Shown one piece after another: positions 18,991 through 27,490 of a DNA stretch of 62,121 nucleotides (position 1 is the first letter of the stretch; each line of letters begins with the position of its first letter). A model generated the notes under the pieces. It worked only from the letters and a program-made list of their open reading frames with translations. It did no database searches and was not told the origin of the DNA. A program made the position numbers and the translations under genes. The DNA is taken from positions 1 to 62,121 of the IMG/VR virus record IMGVR_UViG_3300029787_000032; one strand, given 5' to 3'. The DNA comes from a virus. Lineage: Duplodnaviria > Caudoviricetes.

Positions 18991-19272
18991 TTAGCAATTC
19001 CATTTTCGTAAAGATTTATTGATCCTAGAATTTGGATCACGTGCTGTTTTTGCACTTGTGCGTCTTTTTTTCATGCCTTTCATACGTGCGCAAAACGATT
19101 TACGTCGTTTTGATGCTTTGGAACCTTTTTTTAATTTAGATGGTTTAGTTGTGACTGCTGTTTTTAATTTTGAATTGGGATTTGCAGCTCTGTATGACGC
19201 AACACCTTTTTTGTTTAGTCCTCCGGACTTACTTTTTCCTTCTTTTCGTTGCCATGCTGGTGTTTTTGCCAT
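18991..19272 (-). CDS. Small basic conserved protein (DUF6321-like)
   Basis: WQRKEGKSKSGGLN, RRKSFCARM, SLRKWNC. Confidence 0.7.
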   Translation of the reverse strand: MAKTPAWQRKEGKSKSGGLNKKGVASYRAANPNSKLKTAVTTKPSKLKKGSKASKRRKSFCARMKGMKKRRTSAKTARDPNSRINKSLRKWNC

Positions 19273-19363
19273 GTTTTCCTCTTATTTATTTTGTTTTTTA
19301 GCCTACTTATTGGAAAATTCTTGTAAGTTGACGTTATCCATTCATTTCCTACCTTTGTCGGCT

Positions 19364-19669
19364 TCACGGTTTCCTTAAATGCTGCTTGTATTTACGTATT
19401 GAGCCTCCATTTAAGGCTTTTTTGCGTTTTGCAAACGTTTTTACGTTTGTTGGCTTGCCTCCGGGATTACCCGCGGCTCGTTTTCTGCTGACAGCACTCG
19501 CCTTTTGCGACTTTGTCATTCGTGTGGCCTTTGCAAGTGGTACGCATTTTGGATATTTCCTCTTTGATCCCTTGCTTCTTCCGCATGGCTGGTATTTCCC
19601 ATTCTTCTTGGGTGCTCCAATGTCCACCCACTTCTCTTTGACCCATGCTCTTAACCCCTTCTTGGCCAT
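19364..19669 (-). CDS. Small basic conserved protein (DUF5872-like)
   Basis: GLRAWVKEKWVDI...CGR...YPKCVP. Confidence 0.65.
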   Translation of the reverse strand: MAKKGLRAWVKEKWVDIGAPKKNGKYQPCGRSKGSKRKYPKCVPLAKATRMTKSQKASAVSRKRAAGNPGGKPTNVKTFAKRKKALNGGSIRKYKQHLRKP

Positions 19670-19899
19670 CAGACATACTTGGTTACTTTACGACGGTTAC
19701 TCATAACCGCCCCACAACCTTTTGCTATACCACCTTTGCCCAAAGTGATACGTCCGCCTTGTGCTTTCTTTTTTTTCTTACCACCCGGTGTAACTTTGCC
19801 TGAACATACAGCTGATGCATACATATTAGCGTACGCTGAAGGATAAACCTTAAACTTACGCTTCGCTGCTGCTTTACCTTTTGGACAAAGTTTTCCCAT
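19669..19899 (-). CDS. Small basic protein (YPSAYAN motif)
   Basis: AKRKFKVYPSAYAN; C-terminal KAQGGRITLGKGGIAKGCG. Confidence 0.65.
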   Translation of the reverse strand: MGKLCPKGKAAAKRKFKVYPSAYANMYASAVCSGKVTPGGKKKKKAQGGRITLGKGGIAKGCGAVMSNRRKVTKYV

Positions 19900-20414
19900 T
19901 ATGCACTCTTAGTTGTTTTCTTTTTCTTTTTCTTTAAAAGAGCAAAATCTACTTTAGATATTTTACCGTCTTTGTTAGCGTCTAATTTTTTTTGACCCCC
20001 TACCAATTTGCCTTTTTTATACCCCTCACGACCTTTTCTCTTTTGAAGCCGTAAACGTGATTTGTCCGAAGTAGAAAGACGTTTTTTAGCCTGTCCTTTT
20101 GTTCCGGGTTTCTTTTTTACAGTATATTTTTTACCAACATTTTTAGCTTCACCTAAACCTAGTCTTGATCTTTGATTTTCTGCTTTAGATAGAAAACGCG
20201 CAGGGTCAATCATAAGTCCTTCTTTAGAAGTGTTAGTTCTTCTAGCTTTTGACAGTGCTTTTCTAAGCTGTTGTACAGGAGTTGATAAGTAAGAAGGTTT
20301 CTGTGGTGTCTTACGACTTTTTTTCTGAGACCCTCCTCTTGGTCTTGATGGTCTAATTCTTTTTGAGCCAATGTTATCCATAGTAGTTTTTCCTAATTGT
20401 GAACGGTTAATCAT
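19899..20414 (-). CDS. Basic protein with EF-hand-like loop
   Basis: Lys/Arg-rich; KLDANKDGKISKVDF. Confidence 0.6.
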   Translation of the reverse strand: MINRSQLGKTTMDNIGSKRIRPSRPRGGSQKKSRKTPQKPSYLSTPVQQLRKALSKARRTNTSKEGLMIDPARFLSKAENQRSRLGLGEAKNVGKKYTVKKKPGTKGQAKKRLSTSDKSRLRLQKRKGREGYKKGKLVGGQKKLDANKDGKISKVDFALLKKKKKKTTKSA

Positions 20415-20426
20415 AAATATAAACGA

Positions 20427-21065
20427 TTACTCTTGCTCTTTCAAGCCGTAAAAGTAATTATCGTCGTCGCCCGCTGTCCACTTACTCTCTGTCTCTACAT
20501 TATACTCAATCGTTGATACCTTAAAGTCAGGTACAGTAAGTTTCGCCGGGCTCAATGACTTGTCATAGAACAAGCATCGATTGTTAGGTTGCGCTGCAAA
20601 ATGTTTATTGTCAAGTAGCAAAATGTTAAATGACTTATGTTCCTCGGGAATTTCTGCATAGCCGGTGTTTAATGTGTTCTTATCAGCATGACAGTTGTCA
20701 ATGGTGAACAAATATTCCCCGGTGTGCCATTTTTTAGAGGGGGATAAATACTTAGCTTTGCATCCTGATATGGATGCTTTTTCAATTACAGCTAAGTCGT
20801 AATCAAAGGCGTCCCACAGCTCTAGTTCTTCAAGTGGTAAGTCTAGATCAGTTGGTTCATCTACAAAAGCGGAAATCGGAAGTTTATCATAAAGCGCACC
20901 GTACTCAGGCAAATAGGTTTCGAAGTAGAGCGCTCGACCTTGTATCGATTTGCACGTGATCCACACTCCTTCTGTGAACTCGCCGTGTCCTTTTTGATGA
21001 TCATAGAGATATTGTTTCTTAACGTGAACCTTAACGGGAGGAAGATTGGCAACGAGAAAGGCCAT
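20427..21065 (-). CDS. Conserved phage protein of unknown function
   Basis: 212 aa globular protein, YLYD..KGHGEF, GALYDKLPISAF, AAQPNNR. Confidence 0.65.
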   Translation of the reverse strand: MAFLVANLPPVKVHVKKQYLYDHQKGHGEFTEGVWITCKSIQGRALYFETYLPEYGALYDKLPISAFVDEPTDLDLPLEELELWDAFDYDLAVIEKASISGCKAKYLSPSKKWHTGEYLFTIDNCHADKNTLNTGYAEIPEEHKSFNILLLDNKHFAAQPNNRCLFYDKSLSPAKLTVPDFKVSTIEYNVETESKWTAGDDDNYFYGLKEQE

Positions 21066-21067
21066 GA

Positions 21068-21394
21068 CTATTTTAAATTTTTATGTTTGATAGGTTTGCT
21101 GCCTCCTGCAGCTCCTACGGCCACCACTCCAGCGCCAGCGCCAGCGGCGATTCCTGCACCTTGTTTAAGATTAGGCTTATTAAACCCTGTTGTGACTTTT
21201 GTTTCTGTTGTTTCTGTTGTTTTCTTTTTAGTTGTTTTCTTTTTAGTTGTTTTCTTTTTAGGTGTTTTCTTTTTAGGTTTTATTTTAGGTGTTTTCTTTT
21301 TAATTTTAATTTTAGGTTTCTTTTTTCCAGTAACTTTATTTACCACTTTTTTCGCAGCTTTTTTAGCTGTATCTAAAATTAATTTTTTTACCAT
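21068..21394 (-). CDS. Lys-rich histone H1-like protein
   Basis: KKKT(P/T) repeats from a 15-bp DNA unit; small hydrophobic Gly/Ala segment; AAGGAG RBS. Confidence 0.7.
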   Translation of the reverse strand: MVKKLILDTAKKAAKKVVNKVTGKKKPKIKIKKKTPKIKPKKKTPKKKTTKKKTTKKKTTETTETKVTTGFNKPNLKQGAGIAAGAGAGVVAVGAAGGSKPIKHKNLK

Positions 21395-21404
21395 TATCGT
21401 CTCC

Positions 21405-21743
21405 TTAATTTTTTAATAGACTTTTTAATATTTTTTTATTTTTTTCTTTAAACTTTAATCCAATTTCTGGTTTTGATCTACCCACTCTTCTATTTGGATT
21501 TCTGTTTTTGTATATTGCCTCTTGAATAGCTTTTGTTTTTTCTTTACCAGACAAAGATTTCTTCTTTGCAATCTGAGCTATTCTCCTTGTCCGTGGTGCG
21601 TTTTCCGGATTTGTTTTAGCGCCGCCACGAAGTTCTATCTTTTCTTTTTTAGGCTTAGTCTTCTTTTTAATCTTAGGCTTCTTTTTTCCAGTAACTTTGT
21701 CCGCTACTTTCTTTGCAACCTTTTTTATAATTTTTTTCTTCAT
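21405..21743 (-). CDS. Lys-rich basic protein
   Basis: Shares KVTGKKKPKIK with the neighbouring gene. Confidence 0.7.
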   Translation of the reverse strand: MKKKIIKKVAKKVADKVTGKKKPKIKKKTKPKKEKIELRGGAKTNPENAPRTRRIAQIAKKKSLSGKEKTKAIQEAIYKNRNPNRRVGRSKPEIGLKFKEKNKKILKSLLKN

Positions 21744-21745
21744 GA

Positions 21746-22216
21746 CTAATCTTTTTTTCTAAATAACGATCCTACTTTTTTTGGTTTCTTAGCTTTGGAC
21801 GTTACAGCTTTACCAGACTTATCACGGACCGCGAAACCTTTTTTGTCACGCACTGCATTTGATTTTGCACCACGTCCTTTAAACTTATCACGAGCATCAG
21901 GTAATGCTTTTGCTTTAACTTTTGCTTTAACTTTTGTCTTTGACTTTGTTCTAGACTCTGTAGGTAATTTACGTTTCGTTGGCTCTGCTTTGGCGTCTTT
22001 GTTACTTTTTAGTTTATTTAAAGTTCCAATAGTGGCTGCACCACCTAGACCTATTCCTAAAGCATATTTCTCTGCTCTGGTCATGTCTTTAACACTTTTA
22101 ATCTTTCTTGTTTTAAAGCTCTTAGGATTATTTAATTTAATTTTAGGTTTCTTTTTTGGTTTAAGAAAATCTTTTCCTTTTTTTATTACCTGTTTAGCAA
22201 TTTCTTTTTTCGCCAT
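21746..22216 (-). CDS. Lys-rich basic protein
   Basis: KKKPKIK; ALGIGLGGAATIG segment; AAGGAG RBS. Confidence 0.7.
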   Translation of the reverse strand: MAKKEIAKQVIKKGKDFLKPKKKPKIKLNNPKSFKTRKIKSVKDMTRAEKYALGIGLGGAATIGTLNKLKSNKDAKAEPTKRKLPTESRTKSKTKVKAKVKAKALPDARDKFKGRGAKSNAVRDKKGFAVRDKSGKAVTSKAKKPKKVGSLFRKKD

Positions 22217-22228
22217 GTTGTTCTCCTT

Positions 22229-23737
22229 TTAATAATAGACCTTTGGCCGTTGGTCGATGGGCGTGTCCTCATAATCTTGTCTCAATTGAATCAAGCCCGA
22301 TTGTCTGAATCTTAACAGAGCCTGTGTGACTGTGTCAACATAATCATCGTTCTCCCCAAATGGAAACGCCGCACACTCTTCTATCACTTCTTCAGCGAAA
22401 CGTCTACCCTCTGGATAATAAATCATGCCCGCTTCAAACATGGGTGATACTGCGTTGACCCTTGTTGTTTTATCGTTACCTCTGGTTGGTGTATAATTTG
22501 TTACGGGTATTCCTGATCGTCTAAGTTCATCGGACAACGGCATACCGCTTGACTTGGCCTCAATCAACACCATCTCAGGTTCCCAATAATTATATTCTTT
22601 GTAGGCAATCTCTTTTAGTTCAGGAAAGTCCCATCGTCCGCGCTGCGCATCCAACAAGATTAACGCTGGCCGGTGTTCGTCAGGACTGAATATACCCCAT
22701 GTTGTAATCGCACTGTAGTCAGCAGTCTCCTTCTTACTGAAGGCTGTATCGTAGCTTTGAATAATATATTGCAGAGCAGGAATATCTTTATCATCCCACG
22801 GCTGCCACCAGTCTCGTTTAAGGATAGCACCTTCTTCTGATGTCGGCTGCTGCATCCACTGTGCGTTCCATTTTGTAATCGCAAGTGATGCCTTAACACT
22901 CTCTAATTCTTCTAGCTTCCAATACTCAGGCCATGTTGGTCCACCACTGTCCATGATTGCCGGGAACTCGACAACCTCCCACTGATCGGCTTTTGGTTCA
23001 ACTTGTGCCTTTATCAATTGTCCTGTCAAATCAATCGTCGACCAACGTGTCATCACAAGAACGATTGCGCCGCCCGGCTGCAAACGTTGACGAGGACCTG
23101 ATGTATACCACTCGTAAGCGTTTTCCATGGCCGTTGTCGATAGTGCGTCTTGCTCTGAATGTGGATCATCAATAATTAATAAATCAGCACCACGACCTGT
23201 AATCGCACCACCGACACCGGCAGCGAAGTATTCGCCACCCGCACTTGTGTCCCAACGACCGGCAGCTTTTGAATCTGCTTGTAACATTGTTTCAGGAAAC
23301 ACTTCCTTATAATCACTTGAGTCAATCAACTGTTTGGTTTTACGACCGAACCGTTGTGAAAGTTCCGCGGTGTGAGACGTTTGTATAATTTTCGTTTGTG
23401 GATTTTTTCCCATAATATATGCAGGGAAAAGGTATGACGCAAACTCAGATTTGGTATGTCTAGGAGGCATATTAACTATAAGCCGCTTTAGGGTCCCATC
23501 TGCAATTTTATTAAATTTTTCTGCAATAATTTTATGGTGTCTACCTTCCACGAACCCCGGCCAAACGGATTTTACAAAAGACATAAAATCTTCTTTTGCA
23601 TTCTGATTTAATTCTATTTTTTTATTTCGTTTATATAATTCAAGGAAACGCTTAACTTCTTTATCGCCTAGTTTTTTTCTTAACTCGGGATTTGTTAAAA
23701 TTTCGTTTAATCTTTCTTCCAAACCAATTTCTGGCAT
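22229..23737 (-). CDS. terL: Terminase large subunit
   Basis: Walker A-like MPPRHTKS, Walker B LLIIDD, VMTRW coupling motif, nuclease SYDTA and DDYVD. Confidence 0.97.
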   Translation of the reverse strand: MPEIGLEERLNEILTNPELRKKLGDKEVKRFLELYKRNKKIELNQNAKEDFMSFVKSVWPGFVEGRHHKIIAEKFNKIADGTLKRLIVNMPPRHTKSEFASYLFPAYIMGKNPQTKIIQTSHTAELSQRFGRKTKQLIDSSDYKEVFPETMLQADSKAAGRWDTSAGGEYFAAGVGGAITGRGADLLIIDDPHSEQDALSTTAMENAYEWYTSGPRQRLQPGGAIVLVMTRWSTIDLTGQLIKAQVEPKADQWEVVEFPAIMDSGGPTWPEYWKLEELESVKASLAITKWNAQWMQQPTSEEGAILKRDWWQPWDDKDIPALQYIIQSYDTAFSKKETADYSAITTWGIFSPDEHRPALILLDAQRGRWDFPELKEIAYKEYNYWEPEMVLIEAKSSGMPLSDELRRSGIPVTNYTPTRGNDKTTRVNAVSPMFEAGMIYYPEGRRFAEEVIEECAAFPFGENDDYVDTVTQALLRFRQSGLIQLRQDYEDTPIDQRPKVYY

Positions 23738-23891
23738 ACTCTATGTCCACATTGTTATAACACAGTATATACAAAACATTCTGCGCAAAAGGGGGTGTTG
23801 ACGAATTTTACAGCAATCAATCTAGTTTGGCAAGAGTTACAGGTACCCTACAGCTTTTCAGGGTGGGTGGGCCCTCGAGCTAGCAGGCGTA

Positions 23892-23937
23892 TACTACATG
23901 TAGTAGGTAGCCCGAAGGCTACCCACTAGATGATGTG
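23892..23937. promoter_or_regulatory. Pair of NrdR-box-like palindromes upstream of terL
   Basis: TACTACATGTAGTA (23892-23905) and CACTAGATGATGTG (23924-23937), 32 bp apart, flanking a GGTAGCC-CGAA-GGCTACC hairpin. Confidence 0.45.
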
Positions 23938-23947
23938 TCAAGAGAAA

Positions 23948-24790
23948 TTAGGCTACTAATTGCATAAAGTCTTGAGACTGTAACAATTTTGTCACATCCA
24001 TTTGACGAGACAAGTACACGTTATTAACGTCTGCGGTCTTGCGTGCCTCGTGATGCGTTGCCCACTCGGTTACACCATTGTAGACGCTGTATAAGTCAAT
24101 CTTATCAATAGAGCCTCGGTTATTACTCTCGACGTATTCCATGATTTGATTTTCTTTTACTTCATTCTTTGCAATGGTATTTTTAAGAGTGTTTCTAATC
24201 GTCTTAAGATCTACCACTGTATTAGCATAAGTTTGAAGTTGTTTATCAAAATGATCTACAGCACTTTTAAACATACTAATTTTATTGTACTCGTTTCCAA
24301 ATACATCGCTGTTAGTGTGTTTTTTAAATGCTTGAACACCAGAGTCTTTATCTAATGCAACCATTCCGTTTAAACATACAAGACGCATTAAGCCAAAACA
24401 TATAGAGGCTTTCCTTGAGCCGTCATAACTATTGATTAAAGTTATTTGAGCTTTTACGGCATCGCCTTCAACTGGGTTAATAACTTCTCTATTAAATGTC
24501 ATAGTTCGAGAATTAACCCCACCATATGCCCATTTGCGGTCGACTATTCCTACGTCCGCTATATTAACACCATTCTCAATTAATCGAGCGTTGATGTTTT
24601 CTAGCATAGTATCAGTTCTATTAATGTGATACTGACCAGCAAAATTGCCTATTCGTTTATTATTAACAAACACGTCTTGCCCTAAGTACTGCATGCCATC
24701 GATTACGGCATTAGTTCTCATTTCAATTTGATCGTCTTGAAATACTGACAAATCATGAATGTTACTATGTTTTACTTTTACGTTTTCCAT
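23948..24790 (-). CDS. DUF932-family protein
   Basis: LINSYDGS...RLVCLNGMV..KKHT and LYSVYNGVTEWATH. Confidence 0.8.
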   Translation of the reverse strand: MENVKVKHSNIHDLSVFQDDQIEMRTNAVIDGMQYLGQDVFVNNKRIGNFAGQYHINRTDTMLENINARLIENGVNIADVGIVDRKWAYGGVNSRTMTFNREVINPVEGDAVKAQITLINSYDGSRKASICFGLMRLVCLNGMVALDKDSGVQAFKKHTNSDVFGNEYNKISMFKSAVDHFDKQLQTYANTVVDLKTIRNTLKNTIAKNEVKENQIMEYVESNNRGSIDKIDLYSVYNGVTEWATHHEARKTADVNNVYLSRQMDVTKLLQSQDFMQLVA

Positions 24791-25144
24791 ATTATTACTT
24801 TCTGAGATCTTTGATCCCTGTTAGATTACGGGCGCATTATTGCTCCCGCTTGTTTGAGATTTAAGAGCTTAGGCTCCGAGCTGGAAACCAGATTGAGTAT
24901 ATAGCTAATCAAAGTCCGATTTTGTAAACTATATAAACCGCCTACCAGACAACGAAAATTATATAGATTTATACTATATAAGCAAGTACTTTATATTAAA
25001 TAATATAGGTCTATATCTTGTATGTATCAGACTGATATACACAAGTTCAATTTTTTTTTTTTTTTGTAATGGTGGGTGGGCCCTAGAGTTGTCAAGCGTA
25101 ATGGTGGGTGGGCCCTAGAGTTGTCAAGCGTTAAAAAATAACGC

Positions 25145-25173
25145 TTGTCATCTTTCGTTATCTACTATAGAAT
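25145..25173 (+). promoter_or_regulatory. Sigma70-type promoter
   Basis: TTGTCA-17 bp-TAGAAT, followed by an AGAAAGGAGG RBS. Confidence 0.7.
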
Positions 25174-25201
25174 ATGGGATATTAGAAAGGAGGTGATTAG
25201 A

Positions 25202-25507
25202 ATGGACAGAGACCCAAGGAAACACTCCTACACAACTACAGTGATTGAGCTGATAGAGTGGGAGCGCTTCGATAACACAGGACACACGCCCAAAGAATGG
25301 GCGCTGGTTCGAATGATGGAAGCGGCTAAAATTGAGTTAGCACGCATTGAAGATGCTAAAGAAAACGGATACGAAATCGGTTTAACTAAAAAGTATATTG
25401 ATGCGTTCAAAAAACTCAACAACGATCTGTTGGACAAGTACCATGAGTTGACGGGCGGAGACGCACACAGTTACTACATGGAAACAGATCCTAAGTACCA
25501 AGACTGA
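25202..25507 (+). CDS. Hypothetical early protein
   Basis: True start MDRDPRK follows a strong RBS; has its own promoter and terminator. Confidence 0.75.
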   Translation: MDRDPRKHSYTTTVIELIEWERFDNTGHTPKEWALVRMMEAAKIELARIEDAKENGYEIGLTKKYIDAFKKLNNDLLDKYHELTGGDAHSYYMETDPKYQD

Positions 25508-25516
25508 ACCGCGCGC

Positions 25517-25546
25517 GGGGGAGAGATAAGACTCTCCCCCTTTTTA
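25517..25546 (+). terminator. Intrinsic terminator
   Basis: GGGGGAGAG-ataaga-CTCTCCCCC-TTTTT. Confidence 0.85.
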
Positions 25547-25743
25547 TTTATTTTTTAGGGAGGGTGGGCCCGTTGGCCGTCAAGCGTCAACCGTGGTTCG
25601 TTGTCCACGGTTGACGGTCGTTCTCTAACGGGAAACCTTTTCTTTGACGAGGTGTCGTTTAATTTCGACGCCTCTCTGTTTCGCTTTCCGTTCTCCTTCT
25701 TTCACTTTCTGTTGGACAAGGGACAACAGTTCTTTGAAAGTAA

Positions 25744-26235
25744 TCATGATGCTTCCCTGTCTAAGTAGTCTACGTATGAAAGACAGACCACATCTCTTAT
25801 CGGACATACCATAGATTCTTTCCGTGTCGAACGTACCGAGTGGAATAGTCCGTCAGTCCAGTCTGAGGTGTTGCCGTCAGATGAGATCTTTTCCATTGGA
25901 TGAGCAGATCGATTTTGTTGAGGTGGGGAGTCTGTTAGGTTGTATAACGCACAAAGGACAGCAACTACATATTTATCATATGGCTTACGTGCTGTCTTGC
26001 AAAAGTCGAACGCCTCTCCTTTCTTTTTAGTGATGAGGAATGTTTCGTGGCTGTCTTCACCTAGTCCATTGAACCAGACACGATCGCCGTTTACCTCTGG
26101 CTTTCCGCCGTCACCGAACCCGTCAGATAATATACCTTCGTTATCTGCTATGATTAAGTTTGTTAGTCGAACAAATTCTTCCCATTCAGCGTCTGTAAAG
26201 TCTCTGTTCTGTCTCCAGTAATGAGTGTAGCCCAT
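25744..26235 (-). CDS. Conserved early protein (MGYTHYW / FCKT.RKPYD family)
   Basis: AGGAGG RBS; characteristic motifs. Confidence 0.7.
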   Translation of the reverse strand: MGYTHYWRQNRDFTDAEWEEFVRLTNLIIADNEGILSDGFGDGGKPEVNGDRVWFNGLGEDSHETFLITKKKGEAFDFCKTARKPYDKYVVAVLCALYNLTDSPPQQNRSAHPMEKISSDGNTSDWTDGLFHSVRSTRKESMVCPIRDVVCLSYVDYLDREAS

Positions 26236-26693
26236 TATTTATCCTCCTTTTTTTGTTTTTCAATAATATCATTATTATATACGCCAACCCTTTCTAATAC
26301 TTCAGTCCAAGTATCGCAAAAATGTTCCTCGTAATATGGATCAGCTTCATCACCACTATCATAATGGCCATAAACAAAAAATACCCCTGACTCATTAATG
26401 TCTAGTATGATATCTTTATGCTTGTTAATCATTTTTTTAGCCATTGCTTTCATATCAAATTCATAGTCAATTACTTCGCTATTTACTTTATATGGTCTTT
26501 GTAATTCTTGAATATCTTCTATTTTCATTTCAAGTGCAGTAATTTGTTGTTGCAACTTTGAAATTCTAAAATCATATTCTTGAACTTTTTGATCTGATTT
26601 TTCTTTAATGCTTAAAAGAAAAGAATCGTGACTATAAAACTCATCTCTTTTAACATCTACTGATTTTGCTGTGTTAAGTATTCTATGTAACAT
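26235..26693 (-). CDS. Hypothetical early protein with coiled coil
   Basis: 152 aa; AAGGA RBS; TTGACC..TATGTT promoter-like sequence upstream. Confidence 0.65.
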   Translation of the reverse strand: MLHRILNTAKSVDVKRDEFYSHDSFLLSIKEKSDQKVQEYDFRISKLQQQITALEMKIEDIQELQRPYKVNSEVIDYEFDMKAMAKKMINKHKDIILDINESGVFFVYGHYDSGDEADPYYEEHFCDTWTEVLERVGVYNNDIIEKQKKEDK

Positions 26694-26810
26694 TATTTTT
26701 CCTTTGTTAGATTTAATGTAAACATAGCATAATCAAGGATAAGGTCAACAACTATTTTCTTTTTGTTATCTACTGTGGCATTTATGCAACACCCTCGTCA
26801 GACAACGTAA

Positions 26811-26826
26811 TGTTTCACGTGAAACA
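26811..26826. promoter_or_regulatory. parS: parS centromere-like site
   Basis: Exact palindrome TGTTTCACGTGAAACA, the bacterial chromosomal parS consensus; intergenic. Confidence 0.75.
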
Positions 26827-26935
26827 ATTTAATAGGGCGGGTGGGCCCATGAACCGTCAAGCGTAGGGAGGGTGGGCCCTTGAAGCGTCAAGCGTTGTCC
26901 ACGGTCAATGACCGTGGACAACGGATCGTGGTTAA

Positions 26936-27205
26936 CTAAACCTCGTAGACACCCAACGTACCCGGGTCGTACCATTCGGCGTACAGGCCATGCTTGTCCA
27001 AGATAGTGTTGATCTTTGGATTAACTCCAAAGTCATCTAAGCCCAACTCAGCTTCGTTGAAACCAATCGCCCAGTAGTCTGCCCAGTTCTCTCCAGTCTC
27101 AGCATTAATGCGGAAACGGTCTGGGTTGTCGTTCATGTCTCCTTGGATAACAGGAACACCGATTGCTTTTAATTCGTTGTATGCTTTTTCGTATTGTTTT
27201 TTCAT
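26936..27205 (-). CDS. Hypothetical early protein
   Basis: 89 aa, AAGGA RBS, WADYW..FGVNP..L.KHGLYAEW motif. Confidence 0.7.
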   Translation of the reverse strand: MKKQYEKAYNELKAIGVPVIQGDMNDNPDRFRINAETGENWADYWAIGFNEAELGLDDFGVNPKINTILDKHGLYAEWYDPGTLGVYEV

Positions 27206-27490
27206 ATCATTTTTCCTTGTTTGTTAGAGTTACCTTAGCCTAGCAGATTGTGGGATAGATACAACCCCTTTTTTCACTTTCTTTCACTTTTATTATCTAC
27301 TGTGACATTTATGCCACACTGTATAACGAGCTGTTATGTCAGACAACGTAGTTTCACTTGGGGAGGGAGGGCCCGTGAGCCGTCATGCGTGATTCAGGGA
27401 GGGTGGGCCCGTGAACCGTCAAGCGTGGACAACGAACCACGGACAAGGGTGGGTGGGCCCGTGAACCGTCAGGCGTAGATTAGAATGATT

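Larger units (their letters stand above)
23861..27476 (+). repeat. Nine dispersed co-oriented ~30-bp repeats GGGNGGGTGGGCCC-N7-GTCAAGCGT
   Basis: Copies start at about 23861, 25071, 25103, 25558, 26835, 26866, 27361, 27397 and 27447; all intergenic. Confidence 0.92.

Noticed and set aside
25051-25065. T15 run as a phase-variation switch
   Set aside because: Intergenic and not within a recognisable promoter spacer; cannot be assessed without reads.
27360-27367. KOPS (GGGNAGGG) FtsK-orienting motif
   Set aside because: Only one repeat copy matches; the others are GGGNGGG, and no dif site was recognised.
23861-27476. CRISPR array interpretation of the G-rich repeats
   Set aside because: Copies are degenerate, irregularly spaced and separated by whole genes or by almost nothing; no cas operon is present.
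27248-27478. 76-aa plus-strand ORF with GGWAREPS repeats
   Set aside because: It is simply the translation of the G-rich DNA repeats.
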